Program-made: the position numbers and the translations under genes
The notes under the pieces: generated by a model
Database searches by the model: none
What the model saw: only the letters and a program-made list of their open reading frames with translations
Told to the model about the DNA's origin: nothing
In this document: in pieces, positions 38,501-51,500 of the stretch
Position numbering within the stretch: position 1 is the first letter of the stretch
Layout: every line of letters starts with the position of its first letter
NCBI RefSeq assembly: GCF_963853765.1
Contig: NC_088854.1
Coordinates: 46,128,001-46,192,000 of the forward strand
Length of the DNA stretch: 64,000 nucleotides
Direction: 5' to 3'
Source of the DNA: Magallana gigas
Taxonomy: Eukaryota

Positions 38501-41500
38501 CCAACGTGCTCTGGTCTCTAATGAAAAAGTTCATTACATTTTCGTCCAAATCTCGTCTTTATAAGCGGACGATTATCTTTGGCGTCCATGATCGTTCGTT
38601 TTAAAGGAAACAAAATATGCTTGAGGTTTTATATAGATAGGAAATTTATTAGTATAAATTGATTTTTTGCCCCTGACGAGGACACAGACTAATTATTTGG
38701 CATGTCCCACACTTCATTTCCCTTACTAGCTGTTAGATACATAGCCTGATAGTGCCAGGTCGGACCTCTTGTTTGATGTAAGTGTGACGGTGCACATTTT
38801 GATTTTTATATATTTTACGTAGTAGTTGCTTGTGGTCTGTAATATCTCGTAAATGTTTTAATTATTTTATATTTTACAATTTAAGATTTAAGTTAAATGA
38901 AAGTTAAGAATTTGTGGGCTAAATAAATATTAAGAAGAAAGCGTCGCGCTACATAAATAATGTACATGGGTTCGGATTAACGTTTACACGTTTCCTTTTT
39001 GTTCGGATCTAGAAAGTTAGTAACAATTTATTTAGGAATAAATCATTCTCACATATCGGCAATTATCAAATGTTCAAGTTAAGAAGTAATGCAAACAAAA
39101 GTCGGTCTATCTATTCAACTGTCAGTACGTAGGTATTTGAGTTAATTTTACTATCACTTTAGGATTAACGCATAACAATAGATGCCAGGGATAGTGAGAA
39201 ACTCTTCCGCTAATTGAATAAAAATTAAGGTAAAAGGGGACGCTAACCTCACGAGGCTCCCCAAAGGAAATTCAATAAAGTCATTATAATAATTTGTTAA
39301 TTACACTGTAATTACCCCCTTTGAGTGACCTCACTGAGGACAGGTCGAGGATTAAGTTTATTCCCCCGTCTCCCTCTCGTCACTTACGCTTGGGACACAG
39401 AGGAATAAACATCATATGTACATTGTATCCTCGACCTTGTCTTTATTCAGGTCAGTATTTTTATGTTTTATAAGTTAGATTGTTTATATGAATTATAGGT
39501 ATTTTTATTATTTAATCAAGTTATTAAAAATTAAGTTAAAGTGATAGCTTTAATTTAACATTAAGAAATTAGTAAAAGTTCCATAACATTTTTAACTTGG
39601 GTGTTAAGATAGTTTTAAACATAATTTTGTACAGTAAATCCGATTCATATTCACTTACTTTAATGATAATTTAATACTAATTTGGATATTGGGTTCAGTA
39701 TTTGAAAATTTGTTTAGTCAATATTTTTACTTTAAAATTGTAATACTGTCAATCAACGGCCGGGAATTGATACCGGAAGTTGATTTTAAATATGGCCGCC
39801 ACTCTTTAAATGGCGGACCAGTGATGTTATATTAATGTCTATTTTAATCATGTTCTTTAATAATGTTCAATTTAAATTTAATTGTCAATATGTTGTAATT
39901 AATATTCATTTTTATACTGTGTCACTTACGCTTGGGACACAGAGGAATAAACATCATATGTACATTGTATCCTCGACCTTGTCTTTATTCAGGTTAATAA
40001 GGTTTCTTACCATTTACGTCCGGGCGTAAGGCTAATTACAACAGCGAGTTTTACAATTTAAGATTTAAGTTAAATGAAAGTTAAGAATTTGTGGGCTAAA
40101 TAAATATTAAGAAGAAAGCGTCGCGCTACATAAATAATGTACATGGGTTCGGATTAACGTTTACACGTTTCCTTTTTGTTCGGATCTAGAAAGTTAGTAA
40201 CAATTTATTTAGGAATAAATCATTCTCACATATCGGCAATTATCAAATGTTCAAGTTAAGAAGTAATGCAAACAAAAGTCGGTCTATCTATTCAACTGTC
40301 AGTACGTAGGTATTTGAGTTAATTTTACTATCACTTTAGGATTAACGCATAACAATAGATGCCAGGGATAGTGAGAAACTCTTCCGCTAATTGAATAAAA
40401 ATTAAGGTAAAAGGGGACGCTAACCTCACGAGGCTCCCCAAAGGAAATTCAATAAAGTCATTATAATAATTTGTTAATTACACTGTAATTACCCCCTTTG
40501 AGTGACCTCACTGAGGACAGGTCGAGGATTAAGTTTATTCCCCCGTCTCCCTCTCGTCACTTACGCTTGGGACACAGAGGAATAAACATCATATGTACAT
40601 TGTATCCTCGACCTTGTCTTTATTCAGGTCAGTATTTTTATGTTTTATAAGTTAGATTGTTTATATGAATTATAGGTATTTTTATTATTTAATCAAGTTA
40701 TTAAAAATTAAGTTAAAGTGATAGCTTTAATTTAACATTAAGAAATTAGTAAAAGTTCCATAACATTTTTAACTTGGGTGTTAAGATAGTTTTAAACATA
40801 ATTTTGTACAGTAAATCCGATTCATATTCACTTACTTTAATGATAATTTAATACTAATTTGGATATTGGGTTCAGTATTTGAAAATTTGTTTAGTCAATA
40901 TTTTTACTTTAAAATTGTAATACTGTCAATCAACGGCCGGGAATTGATACCGGAAGTTGATTTTAAATATGGCCGCCACTCTTTAAATGGCGGACCAGTG
41001 ATGTTATATTAATGTCTATTTTAATCATGTTCTTTAATAATGTTCAATTTAAATTTAATTGTCAATATGTTGTAATTAATATTCATTTTTATACTGTGTC
41101 ACTTACGCTTGGGACACAGAGGAATAAACATCATATGTACATTGTATCCTCGACCTTGTCTTTATTCAGGTTAATAAGGTTTCTTACCATTTACGTCCGG
41201 GCGTAAGGCTAATTACAACAGCGAGTTCCCCTTTACGAGAAGAACTTCGTAAAATAAATCATAACTTTTTATTATGATTGTTAATTGAACGGTAAATTGG
41301 AATCCAGACTGAAAACAAAGACTTCGTTCAACGCCAGGTCGAAGATCGCGCAGTTCAGTAGCAATAATATTGATATTCACCGGACGACAAGTCATTTTAC
41401 GAGAAAAATTGTGAAATGTTGTTTTTCCAGTTCTGTAATTAAACTAATTAGTTGTGATATGGTTGATTTTGATCTTTAACCAGTGGTTTCCAAACCAGAC

Positions 41501-44500
41501 GACAAGAGAAACCCGGATGAACTTCACGCTGGAGAAAAGTTCGGGGTCAGTTTTCTTGTGTTTCATCTTTACCACCATTTTCTCTTATTTTCGACATATT
41601 CTTGTGAGTTTTTTTTTTTAAATGATTGAAGATTGATAGCTCCTTCTCTATAGCTGTTAAATTCTTTGTAGATAATTTTCTATGAATGTGTGTCATAAAG
41701 GATAGTATGATTGGCATCTGTAATACCGTTGTCGAAGGTCGGCTTAGATTTCAATGAAAGGCTTATGAACAGACAACAGACGTTCCATCTAACAAAGCAA
41801 TAGTGTTTTAACACATTCTCTTCCCCAGTAATTCCCTGTCAGTCGTTCCACTTGCCATGTACAAGCTGGAGTGGAGATTCAAAATACAAATTCACACAAG
41901 TTAAAGGAGTATAAAGTGCACACTTGTGATTGGAATTCTTGTGTTTTAGGAAGAAGATTTAGTGTGTGGATGTGGCAGGCGAGCTACGGTGATCACACGC
42001 CACGAGGTGGAGCTTCTATTCCTACACAGATTTGTGAGTAGTTTCCGGTTCTTGTATATCAAATACGTAGAAATGGGAGGAGGAGGCAAAATAATACCTC
42101 CAGTTATCTGTGACAAAATTTAAATGCGATGAAAAAAGAAACTTGTGATGTATTACCCCCTTTCTTCAAGTTCTTCGTTAGGGAATTTGAGCTTTTAAAG
42201 GTGTTTTTTTTAAAAATATTTTCGCGTGTCAATATATTTCCCCAGTTGGGAAGTCGATGCTACGTACGTACTTTTTAATAAAAAAACTGTTTGCAATAAT
42301 GTACTGCTATGTACTGTGTAAAATGTCCCCAAAATAAGTACAAAACTGTGTTTTAAAGAATATCAAAGCAAGCATTCATAAATTCATGGAAATCATACGA
42401 ATATTTTCTGCTCTTGAATATCACTGTGTATGGACCATCATAAAGAATAATAATTAAAAAAAACTATACATGTAACAGACAATGCGTGAAAATAAAATTC
42501 TTTTTATATTTTGTTGTATTGAAGAAACAGCAAGGCAATATGGATTTTATTGGAATGGGGAGGGAACCTTACTGTGGGCTTCGTTATCGATATGAATATT
42601 ACTTAGAACATACATTTCCCATTATCCCCTGTAATCTGCCTTCATCTTACAAGTGTCTTATCGAATCAAAGAAACTCAAGTAATATTGCTTACGGCTCAC
42701 TTGTTGGAATCCTTTTGATGGAAAGTTAATTTTCCAGACCCATAATAGTGTACATAGCGACAGCGAAATTGATTGGGTTTGATAGATAAAAACTAGGTCC
42801 GATTTCAAATAATAAACTTTATTCCAAAGTAAGTTATAAAAAAAAAAGTAGAAAACGCAGGGTCGATATGCCAAACAAATATCTTGGTGTCTGTTCATAC
42901 ACAAAGTCTTATCTCGCCTTAGCGCACATTCAAGATACTCAAGAATTTTTTTCATTACACCTGACAAACAATTCAATCTACATTCAACTGATAACAAATA
43001 ATTGGGTAAAAATTAAATCCCTCTCCCACTTTTAAATAATCGCTGCAAAGTCTTGAAAAAATTACAGGGGATGACATGTTATTGTTTTGCAGAAACTAAC
43101 TGATAAGAAAGTGTATAATGATTCTTGATAGATATGTACTCCAAGCCTGGACGAATTTAAATACATGTCCTTGTAAAATTGGACTGCCAAATGCATTTTC
43201 TTTTAAATTTCAAACCTGAACACAGGACATGGTGCAAATTGATTTGAAGTGACTCAATGATTGGATTATATGTGTATCAGTTTAGCGTTTCGATTTAACC
43301 GCCGTTCATTTTCTTTCTTCACAGGACTATATGGACATATTCGATATGTCCGCGGACTCTAACGATCCCAAGAACTTAAACATTTGTCGGTAAGGATTTA
43401 CGTTATTCTTTGAACGTTATGCAGTTATTGGAATAAGTATAACATGTATTTTCATTTTAAAGCACACAGTATGTTGTGATTTATTTCAACATCAAAGTTC
43501 AACTTAATCAAAGAAATCACAGATAGGTGTTAAAATGTGTACAACGTATTACTATAGAGTATCATGTTAAACTTGGCTGTGAAAAGTTCACATAAATTTT
43601 GGCTTTGAATGATTAGGGAAATAGCTCGGTAGGATGCCACTTTGTTTTCTACTGGTAAAATAACTTAAATTTTTAAACTTGAAAGTAACAAAAATTTGCT
43701 CATTTTCAGGAGGGACGTGGTCCTCAGACATTTCCCGATGGACAAACTCGAGGACAATCCAGGAACGTGGAGTACTCTAAAATACAGGTATACACGGAGC
43801 AATCTGTCCTTTAAAATTGCAAAATACAGCCCTCACATTTTAATTAACTTGTTGCACTTGTTTGAATTGTTGTTCAAGTGGTTGCCACTAAGAAAATAGA
43901 AAAGTTAAATACAAAAGTATAAATGCACCATATACTAGAAATGTCGTTAAAATAACTATCTATTCGACATACCCTGTAAAGTTTTTTATCATTTTTATTA
44001 ATAAAACCTTGATTAAAATACTAGTTTGACCTTTTTAGAGGTTTGCGATTTCTATTTGGGTTGAAATGACATAATCGTATTCTCCCACAAGAAATTAACA
44101 TTTTACCAATTGTTTATGAACGCTGTCTTTTTTTTTGCTTGCAGATATGGTCGTCTTATTGTGAAGAACAGCAACGAAATGGAATGGATATACGTGATTT
44201 TGTCTGTATGTACATGTATCAAACAAAATAGTGTACCGTTTTCTTGTCTGTTGACTTAATCCATGTATCGACAAAAAAATCGGATAAGTTTCCATTTTTG
44301 AAGTATAAATCTAAATTATCGGTGTAGTGAGCAAAGTTCAGTACGTAATGAAAGGAAGTAGTGACGGTTAATGAGATCCACATCCATTCATTGCAGGGAG
44401 AAGCGCGCGTGATAGCGCGGCTACAGCCGGATACCATAGACGTGAAGGCCCGGCGTCAGCAGATACAGAGAACCATAGAGCAGGACTCGCCATTCTACAA

Positions 44501-46254
44501 GAAAAAGAAAATCCTCAACTTTGTCTCAGACCGGGCTCACGGTAAATAATTGATCAAACTGATTACTGGTAGCTTATTCCGAGTCCCGAACTTTGTCAAG
44601 TTACATTATCTATTAATCGATGATCTAAAATCACAGGTACTTAGGGCATTGATATCTTTTTGTTATCGATGAGTAATATTCATATACCAGAAAAATATCA
44701 ATGGAGAAAAAAATCTATGTTGGGTTTATATTTCTTTTTATTTAAAAAAAAAATTGAAAGGGGTGGTCCATGCCCCAAATGCTTTTTATCAAAATTCACG
44801 ATGCGTTCCTCTTTGTACATTTAAAAATATTGACAGAATAACGCTTAAACATTTTGGTTTCAGTAAAATCAAAGTACAGCCCTGCAACATATCATCCAGG
44901 GATACGGAGGGACCTTATGTCGGCGCCACCTGCGCATGGGCACAGACGTTGTCTTGACGATATTGCGTACAAAAATGTACCAGACGCCCAAAACGCTGTG
45001 ACGTCAATACGAGGATTTCTTCGCTCTAAATCTGAAATATTAGAAAGTAAATCGGATAAACTTCCAAAAATTGACATTAAAGTCAGTGATGAAAATGGAG
45101 ATACAACTGAAAAGACAGAAAATGACGAGAATATAAGACCTATTTCAGTTCCCCCCTCTGAACCTCAACAGTTATCATTCACCGAAATATCCACAGACAA
45201 AAAGTCGTTTTATCAAAGAACTGGACATAATGCCGGAAACAAGCCGAGACCAAAGTCTGAGAATCTGCACGCGATGAAAAAGAAACGGTTAACCCACGAA
45301 CAAATGATGGAACGTCTGCATATGGCGGAACGCAGACGATTAAAAGAGAAATACATGAATGCCCCGAACATCAAACCACAGCGCGTGGTCATTACACACG
45401 AGAAGGAGACGGCGGAACTTCCTGCTTTTGTCCAGGTGGAAACTTTGCATCCAGGACAGACCTTCGTAAGTACTATCAATAGCACTTTGCATTTCTAATA
45501 ATCAGGTAGTTTGTTCTGAACAAGGGTTTGCTTTTCATAGTGTTCGTCGTAGAGATGAAATGAAACTGTTGAGATTTTGAAATCGGTTACAAAGTTTCAT
45601 TCCTGCATGCGGCATAATATTTTCGACCTGGTTACATAAGTCCAATTATGTCTATGAAATAATACTACATTGACACAATGTTGTGTTATTAATGTTTCTA
45701 ATAGAAAGCCATTCATTTTATTTACAACACAGGGTTTGCGATCTTGCCTAGAATCTTATGAGCGAGGACCCTCAGTTAGCCTGGTGAGTACATTATCAGC
45801 GAGGAAGTCACGTGGACTATCTAATTGTTTTGATTGGTCATTGCTGTCATAATCTCTCTAGCGCAATATTTGAAAAGTTTTTCTAATTTTAGATCAGCGG
45901 TGACTGTGAAGTACTCGCCATCAACAAAAAATTCTTCCTACGCCATTGCGATGACGCTATGTTCAGTCTCATCAGACTCAAGGTAATTTTAATATATAAA
46001 TATACTTTAATCGTCCAATGGACCGGGTGTATTGTAGATCGTTATATTCTAACTAACCTGTACTTTTGATATACACTATAATGAAATACCTTAAAGTCAT
46101 AGAGCAAACCCAACGGTATTCTGTTCAATTTCAGGCGAAGCCTTTTCCTCAGCAGAGTGAGTTGGTAGACCGATTAGATATCACTCTACAATGGGACGAA
46201 TTTAAACAAGAGACATTGAAAGACTACCTCAGGAGACGAATCAGAAAACATTGA
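35532..46254 (+). CDS. CNBD2-like cyclic nucleotide-binding domain protein, gene 2; core exons 35532-35602, 35734-35920, 36502-36576, 36837-36928, 37421-37494, 41484-41545, 41950-42033, 43325-43389, 43710-43787, 44145-44205, 44397-44541, 44864-45465, 45733-45783, 45893-45982, 46135-46254 (618 aa core)
   Basis: GT-AG introns with continuous phase. Motifs: KFRRMARAV, LTFDI, VIIKRGLPPDGIYFVISG, FGEEDLVCGCGRRATV, EWIYVILSGEARV, FVQVETLHPGQTFG, QWDEFK. Colinear with gene 1. Confidence 0.88.
38872..41227. repeat. Exact 2 x 1177-bp tandem duplication in an intron of CNBD gene 2
   Basis: Copies at 38872-40048 and 40049-41225 with a TT junction overlap; identical ORFs at 39835 and 41012. Confidence 0.95.
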
Positions 46255-47070
46255 CCATACCATATTTTATCTGAATAATGATTATGATGACGCAATATTT
46301 CCCCCTAATACGGCAAATTTCGCTGGGTTTAGTGCTGTGAAAATTGTGTACTTTTGTTCTCTCTTACCAGTATTATTATTTATGAATTATGATTAATAAA
46401 CAAATATTTATTACTGTGTTTAAATGTGTTTCTGTAGTTTGCTCTACATGTAGATACATTTGGTTTATGAAGAAATTCGGCTGGTATGTGATTCATTGTA
46501 TGCGTTTTGAAAGTTTGTCCTTTAGAATTATGACGTGGCAACATTATTTACCCCCCCCCCCCCCAAAAAAAAATGATGACATTTTAAGGGTAAATTCTGA
46601 ATAGTTCAAATAAACATGTATTTGGAAGGAAATTACACGTGTTGAAGACCTAGAGCGGTGACTGGACCTATCCTCTCCCCCAAAATTTGCAGAATTATAG
46701 TATTATACATATACAATGTACAATATATAGTAGCGTAAACTTATAAATAGTATACACAAGTCACCCCTTGGAAAACAAATCATTACAAGGACAAGCTGGG
46801 AATACTTTGTAAAAATCGAGGTAATGTAAAGAAGATATAGATTTAAATTCACTCTCCCATCTTGATGATTGGGAATTTTGCCTTTGAGATTAAAGGGGTC
46901 TTTAACACTAGTACTGTGCTGTATTTTGCACCCGCTTATATAAGATGCAGTTTCTGAAAAATCCATGCATACGTAATGATAAACTAGAGATAATCTAGAG
47001 AGTATATAACCACTTTTGTTTTTACTGTATCTCACCTGACATGTGAGATATTAACCTTTAAAAATCAATA

Positions 47071-47240
47071 TCCCATAGGAAAATAACAATCCCCATAGGA
47101 GAAATAATTAAAGGAAGGGAAATATTGAAAATCCTACAGGATTTAAAAAATCCTACAAGAATTATAAATATTTCCTATAGGAGAAAAGTATTCCCTGCAG
47201 GAATTTGACTCAGATACTAGTTGGTAGTTTTCTAATAGGA
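47071..47240. repeat. Cluster of seven CCTAYAGGA-like palindromic motifs
   Basis: Motifs near 47071, 47091, 47132, 47151, 47173, 47193 and 47231. Confidence 0.6.
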
Positions 47241-47380
47241 TATTAAGATTTTAGAAATAAGAAAAAAAATTCCAGGAAAAAAAAAGGGAAGGGGGGGGGG
47301 AGTAGAGTTCACATGTACCTGTGTTACAATTCATGTTGTTGATTGACTTGATAAATTCAATTAGCCTTAATCGACTGGTA

Positions 47381-47409
47381 ACTATAGTTTACGGACCGTA
47401 ACCTATAGT
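47381..47409. other. 29-bp near-perfect palindrome
   Basis: ACTATAGTTTACGG-A-CCGTAACCTATAGT, 13/14 paired. Confidence 0.8.
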
Positions 47410-47478
47410 GAACGATTATAGTTAACAAATGACAATCTGAGTCTATCGGTCTGCAAATAACGTTAAGGATAGATTTTG

Positions 47479-47539
47479 CATCATCGGAACCCACGGGTTT
47501 TCTATGTAACGGATAAAAAACCCGTGGGTTCCGACGATG
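47479..47539. other. 61-bp hairpin / closely spaced inverted repeat
   Basis: CATCATCGGAACCCACGGGTTTT...AAAACCCGTGGGTTCCGACGATG, 22/23 paired. Confidence 0.85.
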
Positions 47540-48519
47540 GAGATTTTGATGATGAATATAGATTCACATCTGTAAACTATTATTTACATTGTTAATCATA
47601 GTTTCACACTCTTGAAACCATATTTATTATATAAACTATAATTTTTAATTAAGGTCAAGATCTAGTAAATGAAAGGTGCCTACAGGTTTCTGAAATTCAA
47701 GATATAAATTCTTTTAATGATGCTTCATAACAATATCTTTGTTTTATAGGGTGTACCGGGGCTTAAATATTTGGTAAACACAATGAAAAATCATGTTTTA
47801 AAAGACCATTTTCTACGAAATATGAAGGATAAAAATAACAAATCTCGGGGTTTTGTCCATTTTTGACCAATGAAATATATCTAGAATGCCTACAGTCTCT
47901 CCAAAAACGGAATAAAACAAGCTCTTGACCTCCTCTTTAAAATGATGTCAAATTGAATATAGGTACCGGGATTACTTTTCCCGTGATTAAATATAGAATG
48001 TCAAAATATTGTTTTATTTTCTACATAATAATGAAAAGATTCATCAAATCAATTATGACGTCATAATGGTTAATTTACAACCGTTAAACCTAATTCATCG
48101 TAGTGAAATTGTGATTAGGCGCCTACCTCATTTTTGTAAATTTAACAAGCTCTGGATTAAGAAAAGTTTATCAGCAATAGCACTCCCTAACTAATCAATA
48201 TAGATTCTCTCATCCAGAAAGACACTCTTTCACCACTCAACCTGCCCAAGGCAGGTAGATCCGCGCCGATTATTTATTTTTTTTTTTGGTGATGCATCAC
48301 GACATTACTCTTTTTTTATGGCTTTAAAATATTATACTCTAACGTATATTCAGTATGTAAAATGGTACAAAATAATAAAAAAATTGCAAATATTGCTACT
48401 TATTGTTCTAGTAATGTTCGAGAGATTGGTTGTCGTAAAACCGGATGTAGGCTAAAGTGAAACTTGTTTACGATAAATTTTGACAAGTCACCAGACAGAC
48501 ACAAGTCGGCTGAGTCGCG

Positions 48520-51500
48520 ATGGATGTTGGGGAAGTGAGGGTGGCAGAAGATGCTGATTTTAACAGACTGAAAAGTTTGTGTGACGACACAAATGGGTGG
48601 AAGCAGGAGTACAACAAAAACAACACAACAGTGTGGACAAAAATCAACGAATTATCTGAATTTCAGATGGTCAAAGTAAGCATTTTAATCTTCTGTCAAA
48701 GTAAATATTTCATTTGTCATTTCATACACTATGATGGTTTTGAACAAATTTTTATATTTAATAAGATTTATAAATGTTGGATGTTTTTCAATGGTAATCT
48801 TGTGTTCTAATGAGAAACAAATAGGCCATTGTTTTCTATCAAATAAGGTTTTCTTTATACTTTTTTTTTGCATAATTTAGACTCAGTACAAAATAATAAA
48901 CTATACCATAGTGATATTTATAATGTAAGAAGAATGTCAAAATATTTTGTTCTTTATATAACAGGGTATGAAAACAGCACTGCTGTTATTTATTTTGGGA
49001 ACAGCTAACCCACTGTTTGGTAGTTTTGCTACCATTTTGTTGTCTATTGCCTTTATAGTACCCCTATTTTACTTACCAAACAGGAGTCAAATTTCATTCA
49101 TTTGGGTTTACACTTTTCTGAGGAAAAAGTGCATCATTGTTATTTTTTGTCATAATTTCATTTAAGGTCAGAACAGTCTTTAAAGATATTAAACCAGAGG
49201 TACTGTATGATGTACTTCATGATCCAGACTACAGAAAGACATGGGACCACACAATGGTGGAGGGGTATGAAATCTGTGACATAAATCCAAACAATGACAT
49301 TGGATACTATGCAAGTAAGTTTAATGCTCCAGTCACATCTTACCAGATAATACTTATGGACATCATACCAAAAAAAGGACAATACCAAACACAATTCCAT
49401 GGTTAATTGATGAAAGTCGACCCTGGTGTTCTTTGACATAAACAAGGCAAAAAATTACTGGAAACATAGAATGAATGGTCAACCACAGATCTCACTGTTT
49501 GAGCAATGAAAAATTATTTGGAAACACTTAAAAAATCCAATGAAACATTTGCTTACATGGTACCGTCCCTTATGAGAAATAAACATGCTAAAATCTGTTT
49601 GGCAAATAAAACTGTTATTCCCTCTCTAGATACTATTGGTCAAATAAAACAGTTTATTCCCTCCCCAGATATGTATTGGTCAAATAAGAAAGGGACAAGA
49701 AATTCTAAAAGAGATGAACAGATTGAAAAATTTGCCATTTGCCAACATTCAGAGGCATTGTTCGATGAGGTGTTACTGAGCCTCTACTTAGGTCACTGTT
49801 ATGCATAATTGATACATTACACTAAGATTGCTGTAAAGATATTTTTGTTTGTGTATTATAAAAGGAATGAATGATGCTAAATTTCATACCTAATTCAACT
49901 ACAATTTATATATATTTTGTTACAAGAGTTTGTTCTATTTTGATAACCTGTATTAAATAATGCACCATAGAATTTGCCAAATTTAATGATACATGTACAT
50001 TCAGAATTGAGTTTCTTTGTCGGAATTAATAAGATATTATTTTTCACAGTGAAGTGCCCCCCTCCTTTAAAGAATCGAGACTTTGTCACACAGCGATCAT
50101 GGCTAGATTTAGGTGCAGAAAAATGTATTGTGAACCATTCTGTTAACCACAAGGTAAACAACAGAAAGAACCTATTAGAAGCAACTCATGATTTCTAATT
50201 TATAAATAGTTTGTTGATAAAAAAAAAAGCAACATTACAGTTATATATGCAGATAATGCTGAGAATTTTCATTTACTTATTAAAATGACATGAGTTACTT
50301 TGAAAATGAAAGAAATTACAGAAAGATTTGATTTTTGACAGAGCATGCCAATTCGGAAGGGATACGTACGAGGTATATCGTACGTTACAGGTTATCTTAT
50401 ACGGGAGCAGGGACCACATAAATGTCAATTTACGTATGTCTCGCAGTCAGATCCTCGAGGTAAATTTACACTCCATCAGCCAATTACTACTGTTCACATA
50501 AAAAAATACAATGTACAACAGGTGAATGAACCATATTAGGGATAGGCTGACCGATTATATAAGTATCAGTAATCATTTATTCAGAGATCCTGAATATTTA
50601 TTCTTATTCATGTAGATTTATTCCAAACATATTCATTCATGTTGCATACTTACGGTAATTACAGACTTTTTTTAATCAACTTCCTCTATGATCTTCATAA
50701 ATACAAAATTATTTTGAAAAATTTATGAAATCAAATAATTTATATATTAAACATAAGTAATTTTATGTTATATACTTCCTTTTAAAGGCTGATACATATC
50801 GATCAAGCTGATAGTAAATCTGTTTTATACTACATGTAATTGCATTGATGGTACCTTTATTTTTTAAAGGAAAACTTCCAGCATGGGTTGTGAACAAAGC
50901 TACACAATATTTAGCACCTAAAGTAAGTACTGAAAACTTTTATTATTTAACTTGCTGAAAAAAGTAATAAAAGAATATTGTACTCAGTCATAAATATGCT
51001 TAATCACAGGTCAGGGGAACATTTTATATGAACTGTTTTAAACAATGTCATTGATTATTAATTTCATATTATACTTTTATACCCTACCTACCTACCTAGT
51101 CCTTGCTATGCCTGGGAGCACATAGGGCAAGAACTAGACTCCTCCACTTGTCTCTGTCTTGAGCCACCTTCTCCAGTTCTCCCCACGTAAAGAACTATAT
51201 ATGATATGAGTTGAATTTGGCCCCCATAATTCGCCATTTTTTAAAGTGTTTCGGGAACTATAAAATATTATGTTAATTTTTAGAAGAGTTGATATAAAAT
51301 ATATTTTTCGCCTATTTGTTTGATTTATTTGCACTCACTTGCAGTATATGACGTCAGAAGTGACGCTATTTCTATAATTCAATCAAAATCAGTCAATTTG
51401 AAAATTGACATTTTCCCCATCTTTTAACAAATGGGAAATATAGAGTGCATGCTTGAACAAGGAAAAATTTTTTGTCAGTTATTAGTCTTGGGTAGTTACA

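Noticed and set aside
39330-39352. CTGAGGA as a hammerhead core in the 1177-bp module
   Set aside because: It is followed by GTCGAGG rather than a stem plus GAAA.
39379-39994. 74-bp direct repeats as LTRs of a TRIM
   Set aside because: There is no primer-binding site after the first repeat, the purine tract is on the wrong side, only one copy starts with TG, and there is no TSD.
44892-45485. Minus-strand ORFs of 61 and 90 aa
   Set aside because: They are antisense shadows of the 602-bp exon of CNBD gene 2.
49506-49808. 100-aa ORF in STARD10 intron 2
   Set aside because: No recognisable domain or splice context, and the STARD10 exon chain is complete without it.
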